Shown here piece by piece: positions 55,374 to 64,000 of a stretch of DNA of 64,000 bases. Position 1 is the stretch's first letter; each line of letters starts with the position of its first letter. This DNA comes from Gemmatimonadaceae bacterium (GTDB lineage: Bacteria > Gemmatimonadota > Gemmatimonadetes > Gemmatimonadales > Gemmatimonadaceae). The stretch covers positions 16,348 through 80,347 of the forward strand of contig DATJHY010000085.1 of assembly GCA_035493635.1 (NCBI GenBank), given 5' to 3'. The notes below the pieces were generated by a model. It was not told the origin of the DNA. It saw only the letters and a program-made list of their open reading frames with translations, and did no database searches. A program made the position numbers and the translations under genes.

Positions 55374-55852
55374 TGGCCGAATTCGCGGGCACGCCGGCGG
55401 GGCAGGAACGCCGCTTCGCCGTCATCGCCAGTCGATTCAACCACACCATCGTCGAGCGGCTCGTCGATGGCGCGCTCGACGCGCTCGTGCGCCATGGCGT
55501 TCGCTCCGATGATGTCGACGTCGTGTGGGTACCGGGCGCATGGGAGCTCCCGATCGCCGCGCGCCGACTCCTGGCCACCGAACGCTACGATGCCCTCGTC
55601 GCGGTCGGCGCAGTGATTCGCGGCGACACGCCGCACTTCGAGTTCGTCGCGGGAGAAGCTTCGCGCGGACTCGCGCAGGCGAGCTCCGACTTCGATACGC
55701 CGATCGGATTCGGGCTTCTCACCTGCGACGATGACGCCCAGGCCCGGGATCGCGCTGGTGGCGCGCACGGGAACAAGGGCTGGGACGCAGCGCTCGCCGC
55801 GCTCGAGATGGCCGACTTGTTCGATCGCCTGGATGCCACGGACGCGAGTTGA
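55373..55852 (+). CDS. ribH: 6,7-dimethyl-8-ribityllumazine synthase
   Basis: 159 aa with FAVIASRFNHTIVERL, VWVPGAWELP and GAVIRGDTPHFEFV motifs. Confidence 0.93.
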   Translation: MAEFAGTPAGQERRFAVIASRFNHTIVERLVDGALDALVRHGVRSDDVDVVWVPGAWELPIAARRLLATERYDALVAVGAVIRGDTPHFEFVAGEASRGLAQASSDFDTPIGFGLLTCDDDAQARDRAGGAHGNKGWDAALAALEMADLFDRLDATDAS

Positions 55853-56252
55853 GACGCGCGCTCGCGCGCGCGTGCTCCAGGCCCTCTATGCCTGGGATCT
55901 CCGCGGCGGAGAGCAGCTCGAGCGCGTCGCTTCGCAGATCTGGGACGACCTTGCCGTCGATGCCGACGAGCGCCGGGTGGCCGTGCCACTCGTACGCGAG
56001 CTCGCGCAGCACCGCTCCGAGCTCGACGCCGAGCTCGCCGAGGTCACGACGAACTGGCGGCTCGAGCGGCTGAGCGTCATCGATCGTTCGGTGCTCCGAC
56101 TTGCCGCGGCCGAGCTGTCGCGCGGCGAGACGCCGCCGCGCGTCGTGATCCAGGAAGCCGTGCGGTTGGCCGAGCGCTACGGCACCGTGAAGAGCGCCAA
56201 GTTCGTGAACGGCGTGCTCGACGCGTTGGCTCGGCGTATGGGACGCATGTAG
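55833..56252 (+). CDS. nusB: Transcription antitermination factor NusB
   Basis: Starts at ATG 55833 in ORF 55731..56252 and overlaps the ribH end by 20 nt. It has RARARVLQALYAWDL, IDRSVLRLAAAEL and KFVNGVLDAL. It is in the classic ribH-nusB linkage. Confidence 0.85.
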   Translation: MPRTRVETRARARVLQALYAWDLRGGEQLERVASQIWDDLAVDADERRVAVPLVRELAQHRSELDAELAEVTTNWRLERLSVIDRSVLRLAAAELSRGETPPRVVIQEAVRLAERYGTVKSAKFVNGVLDALARRMGRM

Positions 56253-57352
56253 TGCGCATCCTCGTCGTGAATTGGCAGGATCGAGAGAATCCACAGGCCG
56301 GCGGCGCCGAAATTCACCTCCACGAGATCTTCGGGCGCATTGCCGCGCGCGGACATTCAGTTCGCCTGTTGTGTGGCGGCTGGCCGGACTGTCCGCCGCG
56401 CGCGCGGCTCGATGGCATCGATGTGTACCGCGTCGGCCAGCGGCACACGTTCCCGTTCTTCGCTCATCGCTACTACAAGCGGCATTTGTCCGACTGGCCG
56501 GAGATCCTGGTCGAGGACATCAACAAGGTGCCATTGTACACGCCTCGGTGGCACGCACCGAGCACCGTCGCGCTCGTACCGCACCTGTTCGGATCGACGG
56601 CCTTCCAGGAGCTGGCCGCGCCGCTCGCCGCCGCCGTATGGACCGCCGAACGGCCTCTCGGCCGGATGTACCGGGGCGTACCCTTCGAGGCGATCAGCGA
56701 GAGCACGGCCGAAGATCTCGCCGCCCGCGGCATACCGCGGCAATCGGTCGAGGTGATCTATCCCGGGATCGACACCGTCTCGTACACGCCGAATGGCGCC
56801 GAGCGATCGCCAACACCGGTCTTCGCGTACCTGGGGCGCCTCAAGAAGTACAAGGGCGTCCACCTGGTCATCCGTGCGTTCGCCGCAATGCCGTCGCCTA
56901 ACGCGGTCCTGGAGATCGCGGGGGCGGGAGACTACCGCGACGAGCTCGAACAGCTCGCGCAATCGCTTGACCTCGGCGATCGCGTGCGATTTCTTGGGCG
57001 CATCAGTGAGGCCGAAAAGCTCGCGCTGCTGCGGCGAGCCTGGGCCCTCGTGTTCGCGTCACCCAAGGAGGGGTGGGGTATCACGAATCTCGAAGCGGCG
57101 GCGTGCGCCACTCCGGTCGTTGCATCGAACTCGCCAGGGATCCGCGAATCGGTGCGTGACGGTCATACCGGTTTCCTCGTTCCGCACGGTGACACGGCGG
57201 CGATGGCCGCGGCGATGGGCCGCCTCGCCGAGTCGCCGGCGCTCGTCGCGCACCTGGGCGCCGAGGCCCGTTTCTTCGCCGAGAGCTTCACCTGGGAGCG
57301 AGCGGCCGATCAAACCGTTCGACACTTGCTGCACGTCGCGGGAAGGGATTGA
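56252..57352 (+). CDS. Glycosyltransferase family 4 (GT-B, group 1)
   Basis: GTG start sharing a base with the nusB stop. It has MRILVVNWQD...GGAEIH at the N-terminus and the C-terminal EGWGITNLEAAACATPVVAS motif (EX7E type). Confidence 0.85.
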   Translation: MRILVVNWQDRENPQAGGAEIHLHEIFGRIAARGHSVRLLCGGWPDCPPRARLDGIDVYRVGQRHTFPFFAHRYYKRHLSDWPEILVEDINKVPLYTPRWHAPSTVALVPHLFGSTAFQELAAPLAAAVWTAERPLGRMYRGVPFEAISESTAEDLAARGIPRQSVEVIYPGIDTVSYTPNGAERSPTPVFAYLGRLKKYKGVHLVIRAFAAMPSPNAVLEIAGAGDYRDELEQLAQSLDLGDRVRFLGRISEAEKLALLRRAWALVFASPKEGWGITNLEAAACATPVVASNSPGIRESVRDGHTGFLVPHGDTAAMAAAMGRLAESPALVAHLGAEARFFAESFTWERAADQTVRHLLHVAGRD

Positions 57353-57355
57353 GCC

Positions 57356-58327
57356 GTGGCTCCTTCGCTGACCGTCGGACGCCTCGTCGAGCGCATGCGC
57401 GAAACGCTGCAACTCGAGCACATCGAGATTACGGACGGACTCGATCGGCCGATCGAGAATCCGAACGCATCGAGTCCCGGCCTCGTGCTCGCCGGGTACG
57501 TCGATCGCTTTCCGGCAAAGCGTCTCCAGGTCCTGGGCGAAACGGAGATCACGTATCTCAAATCACTGGAGACAGAGCACCGGCGTCGCAACTTGACGCA
57601 GTTCTTTTCGTTTCCGATCCCGTGCGTGTTCGTCACCAAGGGCCTCGAGCCCGGGCCGGATCTGCGCGAGCTGGCGGCCGCCGCCCGTGTTGCGCTGATT
57701 CGATCGCACCTCAAGACCAACGAGTTCTACACGCGGCTCAAGCCGTGGCTCGAGGAAGAGTTTGCGCCGACCACCAATCTGCACGGCTCGCTCGCCGACG
57801 TGTTCGGCGTTGGGCTGCTGTTCGTCGGCCGCAGCGGTATCGGAAAGTCCGAATGCGTGCTCGATCTCGTCGAGCGAGGGCATCGGCTCGTGGCCGACGA
57901 CCTCGTGATCGTCCGGCGGCGCGGCGGTGACGTGCTGATTGGCCGCGGTCACGAGATGCAGCGCCATCACATGGAGATCCGCGGCGTCGGGCTCGTCGAT
58001 ATCCCCTCGGTGTTCGGCATTCGTGCCGTGCGCCAGCAGAAGCGAATCGAGGTGGTCGTCCAGCTCGAGGAGTGGGACCACGACGCGCCGGTCGATCGCA
58101 CCGGTCTCGAGGGAGAGACGACGAGGATTCTCGACGTCGAGCTCACCAAGGTCCGTGTCCCGCTCAATCCGGGAAAGAACATCACCGTCATCGCCGAAGT
58201 CATCGCGATGAATCATCTGCTGAAGTACAGCGGCATCAATCCCGCCGAACGGTTCAACGAGCGCCTGATGCGGCAGATGCGCGGCCGAACGGAGCTGATG
58301 GAGTATCTTCGAGAGGACAATGAGTAG
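57356..58327 (+). CDS. hprK: HPr kinase/phosphorylase (full length, with N-terminal domain)
   Basis: 323 aa. It has the Walker A motif GRSGIGKSECVLDL, and also RLVADD and MEIRGVGLVDI. An N-terminal domain of ~130 aa is present. Confidence 0.92.
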   Translation: MAPSLTVGRLVERMRETLQLEHIEITDGLDRPIENPNASSPGLVLAGYVDRFPAKRLQVLGETEITYLKSLETEHRRRNLTQFFSFPIPCVFVTKGLEPGPDLRELAAAARVALIRSHLKTNEFYTRLKPWLEEEFAPTTNLHGSLADVFGVGLLFVGRSGIGKSECVLDLVERGHRLVADDLVIVRRRGGDVLIGRGHEMQRHHMEIRGVGLVDIPSVFGIRAVRQQKRIEVVVQLEEWDHDAPVDRTGLEGETTRILDVELTKVRVPLNPGKNITVIAEVIAMNHLLKYSGINPAERFNERLMRQMRGRTELMEYLREDNE

Positions 58328-58742
58328 CGACGTGCGGGAAACCGGCGGCGGGCCGCGTGCGAAGCCGCGTGCGATCATCGCCGGACACGGAGAGTTTGCC
58401 ACGGGGCTCGTGTCGGCCGTCCAGCAGATCACCGGCCGCGGCGATCAGCTCATCGCGGTGTCGGTTCACCATCTCGGCGTCGAGGACATCGAAGAGCTGC
58501 TTCGCCGGCGTATGCTCGAGACGGGCGTGCGTGTGATCTTCACGGACCTGCAGGCCGGCAGCTGCACGATGGCATCGCGTCGCGTGCTTCGCGGCATGGA
58601 CGACGCCGTACTCGTCGCGGGCACGAACCTGCCGACGTTGCTCGATTTCGTGTTCGCCGAAGACCGCACCGCGCCGGAGGCGGCGCGCCACGCGGCCGAG
58701 CGAGGTCGCGCCTCGATCTCCGTCCACGGGGCCACCGCGTGA
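58320..58742 (+). CDS. PTS EIIA component, mannose/fructose/sorbose family
   Basis: 140 aa. AIIAGHGEFATGL contains the phosphorylatable His in the position of ManX His10. It overlaps the hprK end by 8 nt. Confidence 0.8.
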   Translation: MSSDVRETGGGPRAKPRAIIAGHGEFATGLVSAVQQITGRGDQLIAVSVHHLGVEDIEELLRRRMLETGVRVIFTDLQAGSCTMASRRVLRGMDDAVLVAGTNLPTLLDFVFAEDRTAPEAARHAAERGRASISVHGATA

Positions 58743-59224
58743 CCGTGCAGCTGTACCGCGTCGACGACCGCCTGATTCATGGACAGGTCGTCGTCGGCTG
58801 GGGACAGCCGCTCGACGTCGAGTTCATCGTGCTCGTCGACGACGCCGTCGCGGATAGCGAGTGGGAGCAGGAGCTGTACCGCATGGGCGTCCCGCCGGAG
58901 ATGGATGTCTACTTTCATTCCGCGGATTCGGCGATCGCCGCCCTGGAACAGTACCGGACGGATCGGCGCCGCGGCATTCTCGTGACCGGCGACATCGCGA
59001 CGATGACGAGCCTCGTGGAGCGCGCGGCGGTCACGGAAGTCAACATCGGCGGGATTCACTCGCGCCCGGGCCGAGTGCAGCGGATGCGCTACGTGTTCCT
59101 GTCGCCCGAAGAAGAGGAACAGCTTCGTGCGCTCGACGCGCGCGGTGTCACCGTCACGGCGCAGGATGTTCCGGGCGCGCGCCCGGTGCCGCTCGACGAC
59201 ATGCTCGCCGGTGTTCAGCCGTGA
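58739..59224 (+). CDS. PTS EIIB component, mannose/fructose/sorbose family
   Basis: GTGA overlap with the previous gene. LYRVDDRLIHGQVVVGW is the EIIB-Man active-site His motif. Confidence 0.85.
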   Translation: MTVQLYRVDDRLIHGQVVVGWGQPLDVEFIVLVDDAVADSEWEQELYRMGVPPEMDVYFHSADSAIAALEQYRTDRRRGILVTGDIATMTSLVERAAVTEVNIGGIHSRPGRVQRMRYVFLSPEEEEQLRALDARGVTVTAQDVPGARPVPLDDMLAGVQP

Positions 59225-59904
59225 CCGCGCTCGACGTGCTTCCGATCGCCATTCTCGGCGGGCTGCTCGGGCTCGATGTTGTCAGCTTCCCGCAGGCGAT
59301 GATCTCGCGTCCGCTCGTTGCCGCCACCCTCGCCGGCGTGTTGATCGGCCATCCCGCGAGCGGACTTCTCATCGGCGCCGTGCTCGAGCTCATCGCGCTC
59401 GAGACGTTGCCATTCGGCGCGTCGCGGTATCCGGAGTGGGGATCGGCGTCGGTCGTCGGCGGCGCGATCTTCGCCTCGCACCCGTCGCACCCCGCCGGGG
59501 CAATGACCTGTGGAATGCTGGCCGCGCTCGCGACGACCTGGGTTGGCGGCTGGACGATGGTCAAGCTGCGCCAGGCCAACGCGAGTTGGGCACGAGCCCG
59601 CCGCGACGCGCTCGAGGCGGGTTCGCGGGGCGCGGTCACCTCACTGCAGCTGATCGGCATGACCGCCGATCTACTCCGCGGAGCGGCGCTCACCGCCGTG
59701 GCCTTCGCACTGCTCGCCCCCCTCGCCGATTTCAGCATCGCGCACTGGCACGTCGATGCGCGCCTCTCGCGCAGCATGGCAATCACCGTTGCCGCGAGTG
59801 TCGCTGGCGGCGCGGCGTGGAAGCTGTTTCACTCCACGCACGGCGCGCGCTGGTTCTTCGTCGGCGGTTTGGTCGTGGGCCTCTTCATGCTCTTCCTGCG
59901 ATGA
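59221..59904 (+). CDS. PTS EIIC component, mannose family
   Basis: GTG 59221 in ORF 58861..59904. It is polytopic. GLDVVSFPQAMISRPLVAATLAGVLIG...GAVLELIALE parallels the ManY N-terminal pattern. Confidence 0.8.
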   Translation: MTALDVLPIAILGGLLGLDVVSFPQAMISRPLVAATLAGVLIGHPASGLLIGAVLELIALETLPFGASRYPEWGSASVVGGAIFASHPSHPAGAMTCGMLAALATTWVGGWTMVKLRQANASWARARRDALEAGSRGAVTSLQLIGMTADLLRGAALTAVAFALLAPLADFSIAHWHVDARLSRSMAITVAASVAGGAAWKLFHSTHGARWFFVGGLVVGLFMLFLR

Positions 59905-60683
59905 CGACGGCGACGATGCCACGCGAATCCGCCGTCGCCTCGCTGCCGCTCAAGACGCGGATCGCAATTTTCGTCCGGCTCCTCGCGATCCAGGGAGCCT
60001 GGAATTACGAAAGCCTGCTCGGCAACGGCGTCGGTTTCTGCCTCGAGCCGGCGCTGCGCCTGCTACCCGAAGGAATTCATTCCACGCGATTCAAGTCCGC
60101 CCTGGCGCGTGAGAGCCACTACTTCAACGCGCATCCTTACCTCGCTTCGGTGGCCGTCGGTGCGCTCGCGCGCGCGGAGCTCGACGGCGAACCGCCGGAA
60201 CGCATCGAGCGCTTTCGCACCGCGCTGTGCGGACCGTTGGGAAGCGTCGGCGATCGGCTCGTGTGGGCGGGGTGGCTGCCGTTCTGCTCTCTTGCATCGC
60301 TCGCGATCTTTGGACTTGGCGCGAACACGGCGGTCGTGGTCGCGTTTTTCCTGCTCGCGTACAACGCCGGCCACTTCGGCCTGCGGATCTGGGGGCTGCG
60401 GACGGGTTGGAGGCACGGGCTCCACGTCGCGACGGCACTCGCCAATCCAGTGCTTCGGAAAGGTCCGCAGCAGATCGGCCGCCTCGCGGCCGTCGCCACC
60501 GGCATCGCAATCCCGCTCGCGCTCGGCCGGGTGATTGGTCCGGGGCGCAGCTTCCTCGGGGCCGTGCTCGTCGCGGTGGCCTTGGGTTCGTTCGTGATCG
60601 TTCGCTTGAAAGGCCGTATCGAAGGCTGGCGGCTTTCTCTCGTCGTGCTGGCGGTGCTCGTCCTCATCTCCGTGATCGTCTAA
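59901..60683 (+). CDS. PTS EIID component, mannose family
   Basis: ATG 59901 in ORF 59127..60683. FVRLLAIQGAWNYESLLGNGVGFCLEPALRLL...YFNAHPY...LCGPLGSVGDRLVWAG parallels the ManZ pattern. Confidence 0.8.
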   Translation: MTTATMPRESAVASLPLKTRIAIFVRLLAIQGAWNYESLLGNGVGFCLEPALRLLPEGIHSTRFKSALARESHYFNAHPYLASVAVGALARAELDGEPPERIERFRTALCGPLGSVGDRLVWAGWLPFCSLASLAIFGLGANTAVVVAFFLLAYNAGHFGLRIWGLRTGWRHGLHVATALANPVLRKGPQQIGRLAAVATGIAIPLALGRVIGPGRSFLGAVLVAVALGSFVIVRLKGRIEGWRLSLVVLAVLVLISVIV

Positions 60684-60949
60684 TGCCTGAACGAACCGTT
60701 CAGATCGTCAATCGAAACGGCTTGCACGCGCGGCCGGCCGCGGAGATTGTAAAGCTCGCGGCCAGGTTCAAGGCCGACATCACGATCGTGAAGGACGACC
60801 TCGACGTGAACGGAAAGAGCATCATGGGCGTCATGATGCTGGCCGCCGAGCACGGCTCGACGATTACCTTTCGAGCGGAAGGTCCCGACGCCGACCAAGC
60901 CCTCGACGCGCTCGCCGCGCTCGTCGGCAACAAGTTCGGAGAGAGCTGA
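60683..60949 (+). CDS. ptsH: Phosphocarrier protein HPr
   Basis: ATG 60683 in ORF 60227..60949, 88 aa. It has the His15 context NRNGLHARPAA and the Ser46 context VNGKSIMGVMML. Confidence 0.92.
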   Translation: MPERTVQIVNRNGLHARPAAEIVKLAARFKADITIVKDDLDVNGKSIMGVMMLAAEHGSTITFRAEGPDADQALDALAALVGNKFGES

Positions 60950-62716
60950 GTGGATCGAAGGCTCCTCGGCATTCCAGCTTCGCCCGGCATTGCGGTCGGC
61001 CGCGTGCATCTCCTGCGCTGGGAGATCCCGGAGGTCAAGCATCGCATCATTCCGGACGAAGCCGTTCCCGCCGAAGTGCAGCGTCTCCACGCCGCGCTCG
61101 ACGGCGCGAAAGAGCGCCTGAGCCACATCCGCGACCGCGTCGAGCGCACGACCGGTCCGCAAGAGGCGGCGATCTTCGACGTGCAGCGCTCGATCCTCGG
61201 CGACCAGGAGCTCATCACCGCCGTCGAAGATCTGATCCATCAGAATCTCGGCGCCGAAAAGGCATTCGAGATCGTGATGTTCGAGTGGGGCCAGCGATTC
61301 GGACGGGCCGCCCATCCCATGCTTCGCGAGCGCGTCGGCGATCTCAAGGACGTCGAGATTCGCGTGCTCACGCTGTTGCTCGATCTGCCCGACCACGACC
61401 CGGTCGATCTGCCCAAGGGATCGAACGCGATTCTCGTCACACACGATCTCACGCCGAGCCTTACCGTGCAGCTCGATCGCGAAGCGATTGCCGGCATCGC
61501 CACCGATGCGGGCACGCGCACGTCGCACGTCGCGATCCTCGCTCGGTCGCTCGGCTTGCCAGCGATCGTCGGTTTGAGAACAGCCACGCAGGAACTGGTC
61601 GGGACCGAAACCGCGATCCTCGATGGCTCGACCGGACTGCTCGGCATCAACCCGTCGCACCAGGACATCGAGTCGTACCGCGAGCGAGCCCGCCAGGAAG
61701 CGCTGGCCGAAGTCGAGCTGCGCCATCTCGCCAGCCTCGAGGCCGTGACCACCGACGGGATTCGCATCACGCTCCGCGCCAACGTCGATCTCCCGGAGGA
61801 AGCCGACCTTGGAGCAACGAGTGGGGCGGAAGGCGTCGGTCTGATGCGCACGGAGTTCCTCGTGGTCGGTCGCGCCACGATGCCCGACGAGGACGAGCAA
61901 TACCGCGCCTATCGGCGTGTCGTCGAGGCATTCAAGGGTCATCCGGTCGTCATCCGAACGTTCGACATCGGCGGTGACAAGCTGCCGGTTGGCGGCTATG
62001 CGAGTGAGCCCAACCCGTTCCTCGGGTGGCGCGCGATTCGTATGTGCCTCGACCTGCCGGAGCTGTTCGGCGTGCAGCTGCGCGCGCTGCTCCGTGCGGC
62101 CGTCCACGGCGATGTCCACATCATGCTCCCGCTCGTCGTCACGGTCGACGAGGTCCGTCGTGCCCGCGAGATGCTCGACGCCGCGGCGCGAGAGCTCGAG
62201 GCGCGCGGCGCCGAATTCCGCCGCGACGTTCCACTCGGCGTGATGATCGAGACGCCGGCCGCCGCCGTCGCCTGCGACACCTTCGTTGGCGATGTCGCGT
62301 TCTTCAGCATCGGCACGAACGATCTGGTGCAGTACACGCTCGCGGTCGATCGTGGCAACGCCAACCTCGCGACCCGGTTCACGCCGCTCCACCCCGCGGT
62401 GCTCAAGCTGATCCGTCGCACGGTCTTTACCGCGCGACAGCACTCGCTCGACGTCGCGGTATGCGGCGAAATGGCGTCGCAGCCGCTCATGGCGTTCGCG
62501 CTCATCGGTCTCGGCGTGCGCCAACTCAGCGTCGCCCCGCGCTCGGTACCGCTCGTCAAGCGCATCGTGCGCAGCATCTCGGTGGAGGTCGCCGAAGACG
62601 CGGCGAGTGCGGCGGCAGCGGCAGGCACCGCGGCCGAAGCAGAAGCGGTCTTGAGCGGGACGCTCGCGGGAGCGCTCGGCGGTCAGACATTCATGGCGGA
62701 CGGGTTGCCGGGCTGA
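60950..62716 (+). CDS. ptsI: Phosphoenolpyruvate-protein phosphotransferase (PTS Enzyme I)
   Basis: The GTG follows the ptsH stop directly. It has [11 protein letters not shown], the active-site His in [31 protein letters not shown]-like GLMRTEFL, and [12 protein letters not shown]. Confidence 0.95.
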   Translation: MDRRLLGIPASPGIAVGRVHLLRWEIPEVKHRIIPDEAVPAEVQRLHAALDGAKERLSHIRDRVERTTGPQEAAIFDVQRSILGDQELITAVEDLIHQNLGAEKAFEIVMFEWGQRFGRAAHPMLRERVGDLKDVEIRVLTLLLDLPDHDPVDLPKGSNAILVTHDLTPSLTVQLDREAIAGIATDAGTRTSHVAILARSLGLPAIVGLRTATQELVGTETAILDGSTGLLGINPSHQDIESYRERARQEALAEVELRHLASLEAVTTDGIRITLRANVDLPEEADLGATSGAEGVGLMRTEFLVVGRATMPDEDEQYRAYRRVVEAFKGHPVVIRTFDIGGDKLPVGGYASEPNPFLGWRAIRMCLDLPELFGVQLRALLRAAVHGDVHIMLPLVVTVDEVRRAREMLDAAARELEARGAEFRRDVPLGVMIETPAAAVACDTFVGDVAFFSIGTNDLVQYTLAVDRGNANLATRFTPLHPAVLKLIRRTVFTARQHSLDVAVCGEMASQPLMAFALIGLGVRQLSVAPRSVPLVKRIVRSISVEVAEDAASAAAAAGTAAEAEAVLSGTLAGALGGQTFMADGLPG

Positions 62717-62777
62717 GACGCAGAGCCTAGGGTTCAACAACCAGGCGCTCGCCTCTCAACTTCCGCCACCGCCCGCT

Positions 62778-63950
62778 GTGTACGATCGTCATCTTTTCAC
62801 GTCCGAGTCGGTGACGGAGGGCCATCCCGACAAGGTCGCCGACGCCATCTCGGACGCCGTGCTCGACGCGATCCTTGCCGACGACCCCACCGCGCGCGTC
62901 GCCTGCGAGACGCTGGTCACCACCGGCCTGGCGTGCGTGGCCGGGGAGATCACGACGTCCACCTACGTGCACGTCCCCGACATCGTGCGCGGGACGATCG
63001 ATCGAATCGGCTACACCGATCCTGCCTACGGATTCGACAGCAAGACGTGCGCGGTGATCAGCACGATCGACCGACAATCACCCGACATCGCGATGGGCGT
63101 CGACACCGGCGGCGCGGGCGACCAGGGGATGATGTTCGGCTACGCCACCGACGAGACCGCCGAGCTCATGCCGATGCCGATTCAACTCGCGCATCGCATC
63201 ACTGAGCGGTTGGCCGAGTGCCGTCGGAGCGGCGCGGTCGAGTGGCTGCGCCCCGACGGGAAGGCTCAGGTGACTGTGGTGTACGAAGACAGGCAGCCCG
63301 TTGCGGTCGATACCGTAGTGGTGTCGACCCAGCATGGCGATCACGTCGCCGCGCGCGAGATTCGCTCGGTGATCATGGAAGCGATCATCGAGCCGACGAT
63401 CCCGCCGGAGCTCCGCTCGAAGAAGATGAAGTACCACATCAATCCCACCGGACGATTCGTGATCGGCGGTCCGCAGGGCGATGCGGGCCTCACCGGTCGC
63501 AAGATCATCGTCGACACGTACGGCGGCATGGGGCGTCACGGCGGTGGCGCGTTCAGCGGAAAGGATCCGTCCAAGGTCGATCGCTCGGCGTGCTATGCCG
63601 CGCGCTGGGTCGCCAAGAACATCGTGGCGGCCAAACTGGCCCGGCGTTGCGAGGTGCAGCTCGCGTACGCGATTGGCGTGGCCGAGCCGGTCTCGTTGAT
63701 GGTGGACACGTTCGGAACATCCGTCGTGCCCGAGTCGAGCATCACCGATGCGGTACGCGACGTGTTCGATTTGACGCCGCGAGGGATCATCGATGCCCTC
63801 GCGCTGCGAAAGCCGATCTACAGCGCAACGTCGGCGTACGGCCACTTTGGCCGTACGCCTCGCAAGGTGGGCCGCGGGCACTCCGCCATGACGTTGTTCA
63901 CGTGGGAACGAACCGACCGGGCGGCGCAGCTCGCGCGCGCCGTCCGGTGA
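62778..63950 (+). CDS. metK: S-adenosylmethionine synthase
   Basis: GTG start. It has [44 protein letters not shown] and YAIGVAEP motifs. Confidence 0.97.
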   Translation: MYDRHLFTSESVTEGHPDKVADAISDAVLDAILADDPTARVACETLVTTGLACVAGEITTSTYVHVPDIVRGTIDRIGYTDPAYGFDSKTCAVISTIDRQSPDIAMGVDTGGAGDQGMMFGYATDETAELMPMPIQLAHRITERLAECRRSGAVEWLRPDGKAQVTVVYEDRQPVAVDTVVVSTQHGDHVAAREIRSVIMEAIIEPTIPPELRSKKMKYHINPTGRFVIGGPQGDAGLTGRKIIVDTYGGMGRHGGGAFSGKDPSKVDRSACYAARWVAKNIVAAKLARRCEVQLAYAIGVAEPVSLMVDTFGTSVVPESSITDAVRDVFDLTPRGIIDALALRKPIYSATSAYGHFGRTPRKVGRGHSAMTLFTWERTDRAAQLARAVR

Positions 63951-64000
63951 TGCCGGGTGTCGTATGATTGAAGTCGTCGTTTCGAAGTTGGGTGTCGATC

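Noticed and set aside
62717-62777. A possible SAM riboswitch or leader upstream of metK.
   Set aside because: The spacer is only 61 nt and has no helices or conserved SAM-aptamer features that I could find.
63964-64000. An ATG at 63964 (MIEVVVSKLGVD...) that may begin the next gene after metK.
   Set aside because: Only 37 nt lie inside the window, which is too short to support a call.

Overview
This is a visibly GC-rich window (codon third positions are almost all G/C), densely packed, and made almost entirely of core housekeeping genes. About 60 of the roughly 62 genes I call lie on the + strand. Many junctions are 4-nt ATGA/GTGA/TTGA overlaps, which suggests long translationally coupled operons.

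Gene order:
- The end of a chemosensory module: cheB 3' end, two cheW genes, a TPR protein and an HExxH peptidase.
- A small AT-richer spacer holding tRNA-Val(UAC).
- A secreted TPR protein.
- A minus-strand lipid kinase whose start sits head-to-head against a complete dcw cell-division/peptidoglycan cluster: rsmH-ftsL-ftsI-murE-murF-mraY-murD-ftsW-murG-murC-ftsQ-ftsA-ftsZ. The cluster has no mraZ, murB or ddl.
- An M23 peptidase overlapping the ftsZ stop, a large BatA-like membrane protein, ftsY and recG.
- A minus-strand sensor kinase plus a putative lipoprotein.
- asnS, mazG (-), and alr-deoB-cdd.
- An uncharacterised lipoprotein and FadL-like barrel pair, followed by a REC-first hybrid kinase.
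- Two tandem radical-SAM methylthiotransferases, comEC, a small HExxH protein, fbp, an acyl-CoA mutase large subunit, an FmdB zinc-ribbon protein and argS.
- A ~13-kb virtually gapless string: PfkB kinase-purM-OMP-ribD-ribE-ribBA-ribH-nusB-GT4-hprK-EIIA-EIIB-IIC-IID-ptsH-ptsI.
- metK.

The outer-membrane barrels and lipoboxes indicate a diderm. The overall style reminds me of Gemmatimonadota-type genomes, but that is an unverified guess.

I found no CRISPR array, no transposase, integrase or phage genes, no recognisable defence system and no rRNA. I also see no clear-cut novel multi-gene system.

The items most worth a second look are:
1. A peculiar inverted array of sixteen in-register 8-bp units that fills the argS-pfkB spacer up to the start codon.
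2. A full-length HPr kinase joined to a complete mannose-family PTS.
3. The coupled lipoprotein/FadL-like barrel/hybrid kinase module.
4. A PASTA domain on FtsI.
5. The head-to-head overlapping starts at the front of the dcw cluster.

All functional calls come from motif recognition by eye, and no database search was run. The many long antisense and alternate-frame ORFs in the ORF track are treated as GC-content artefacts.
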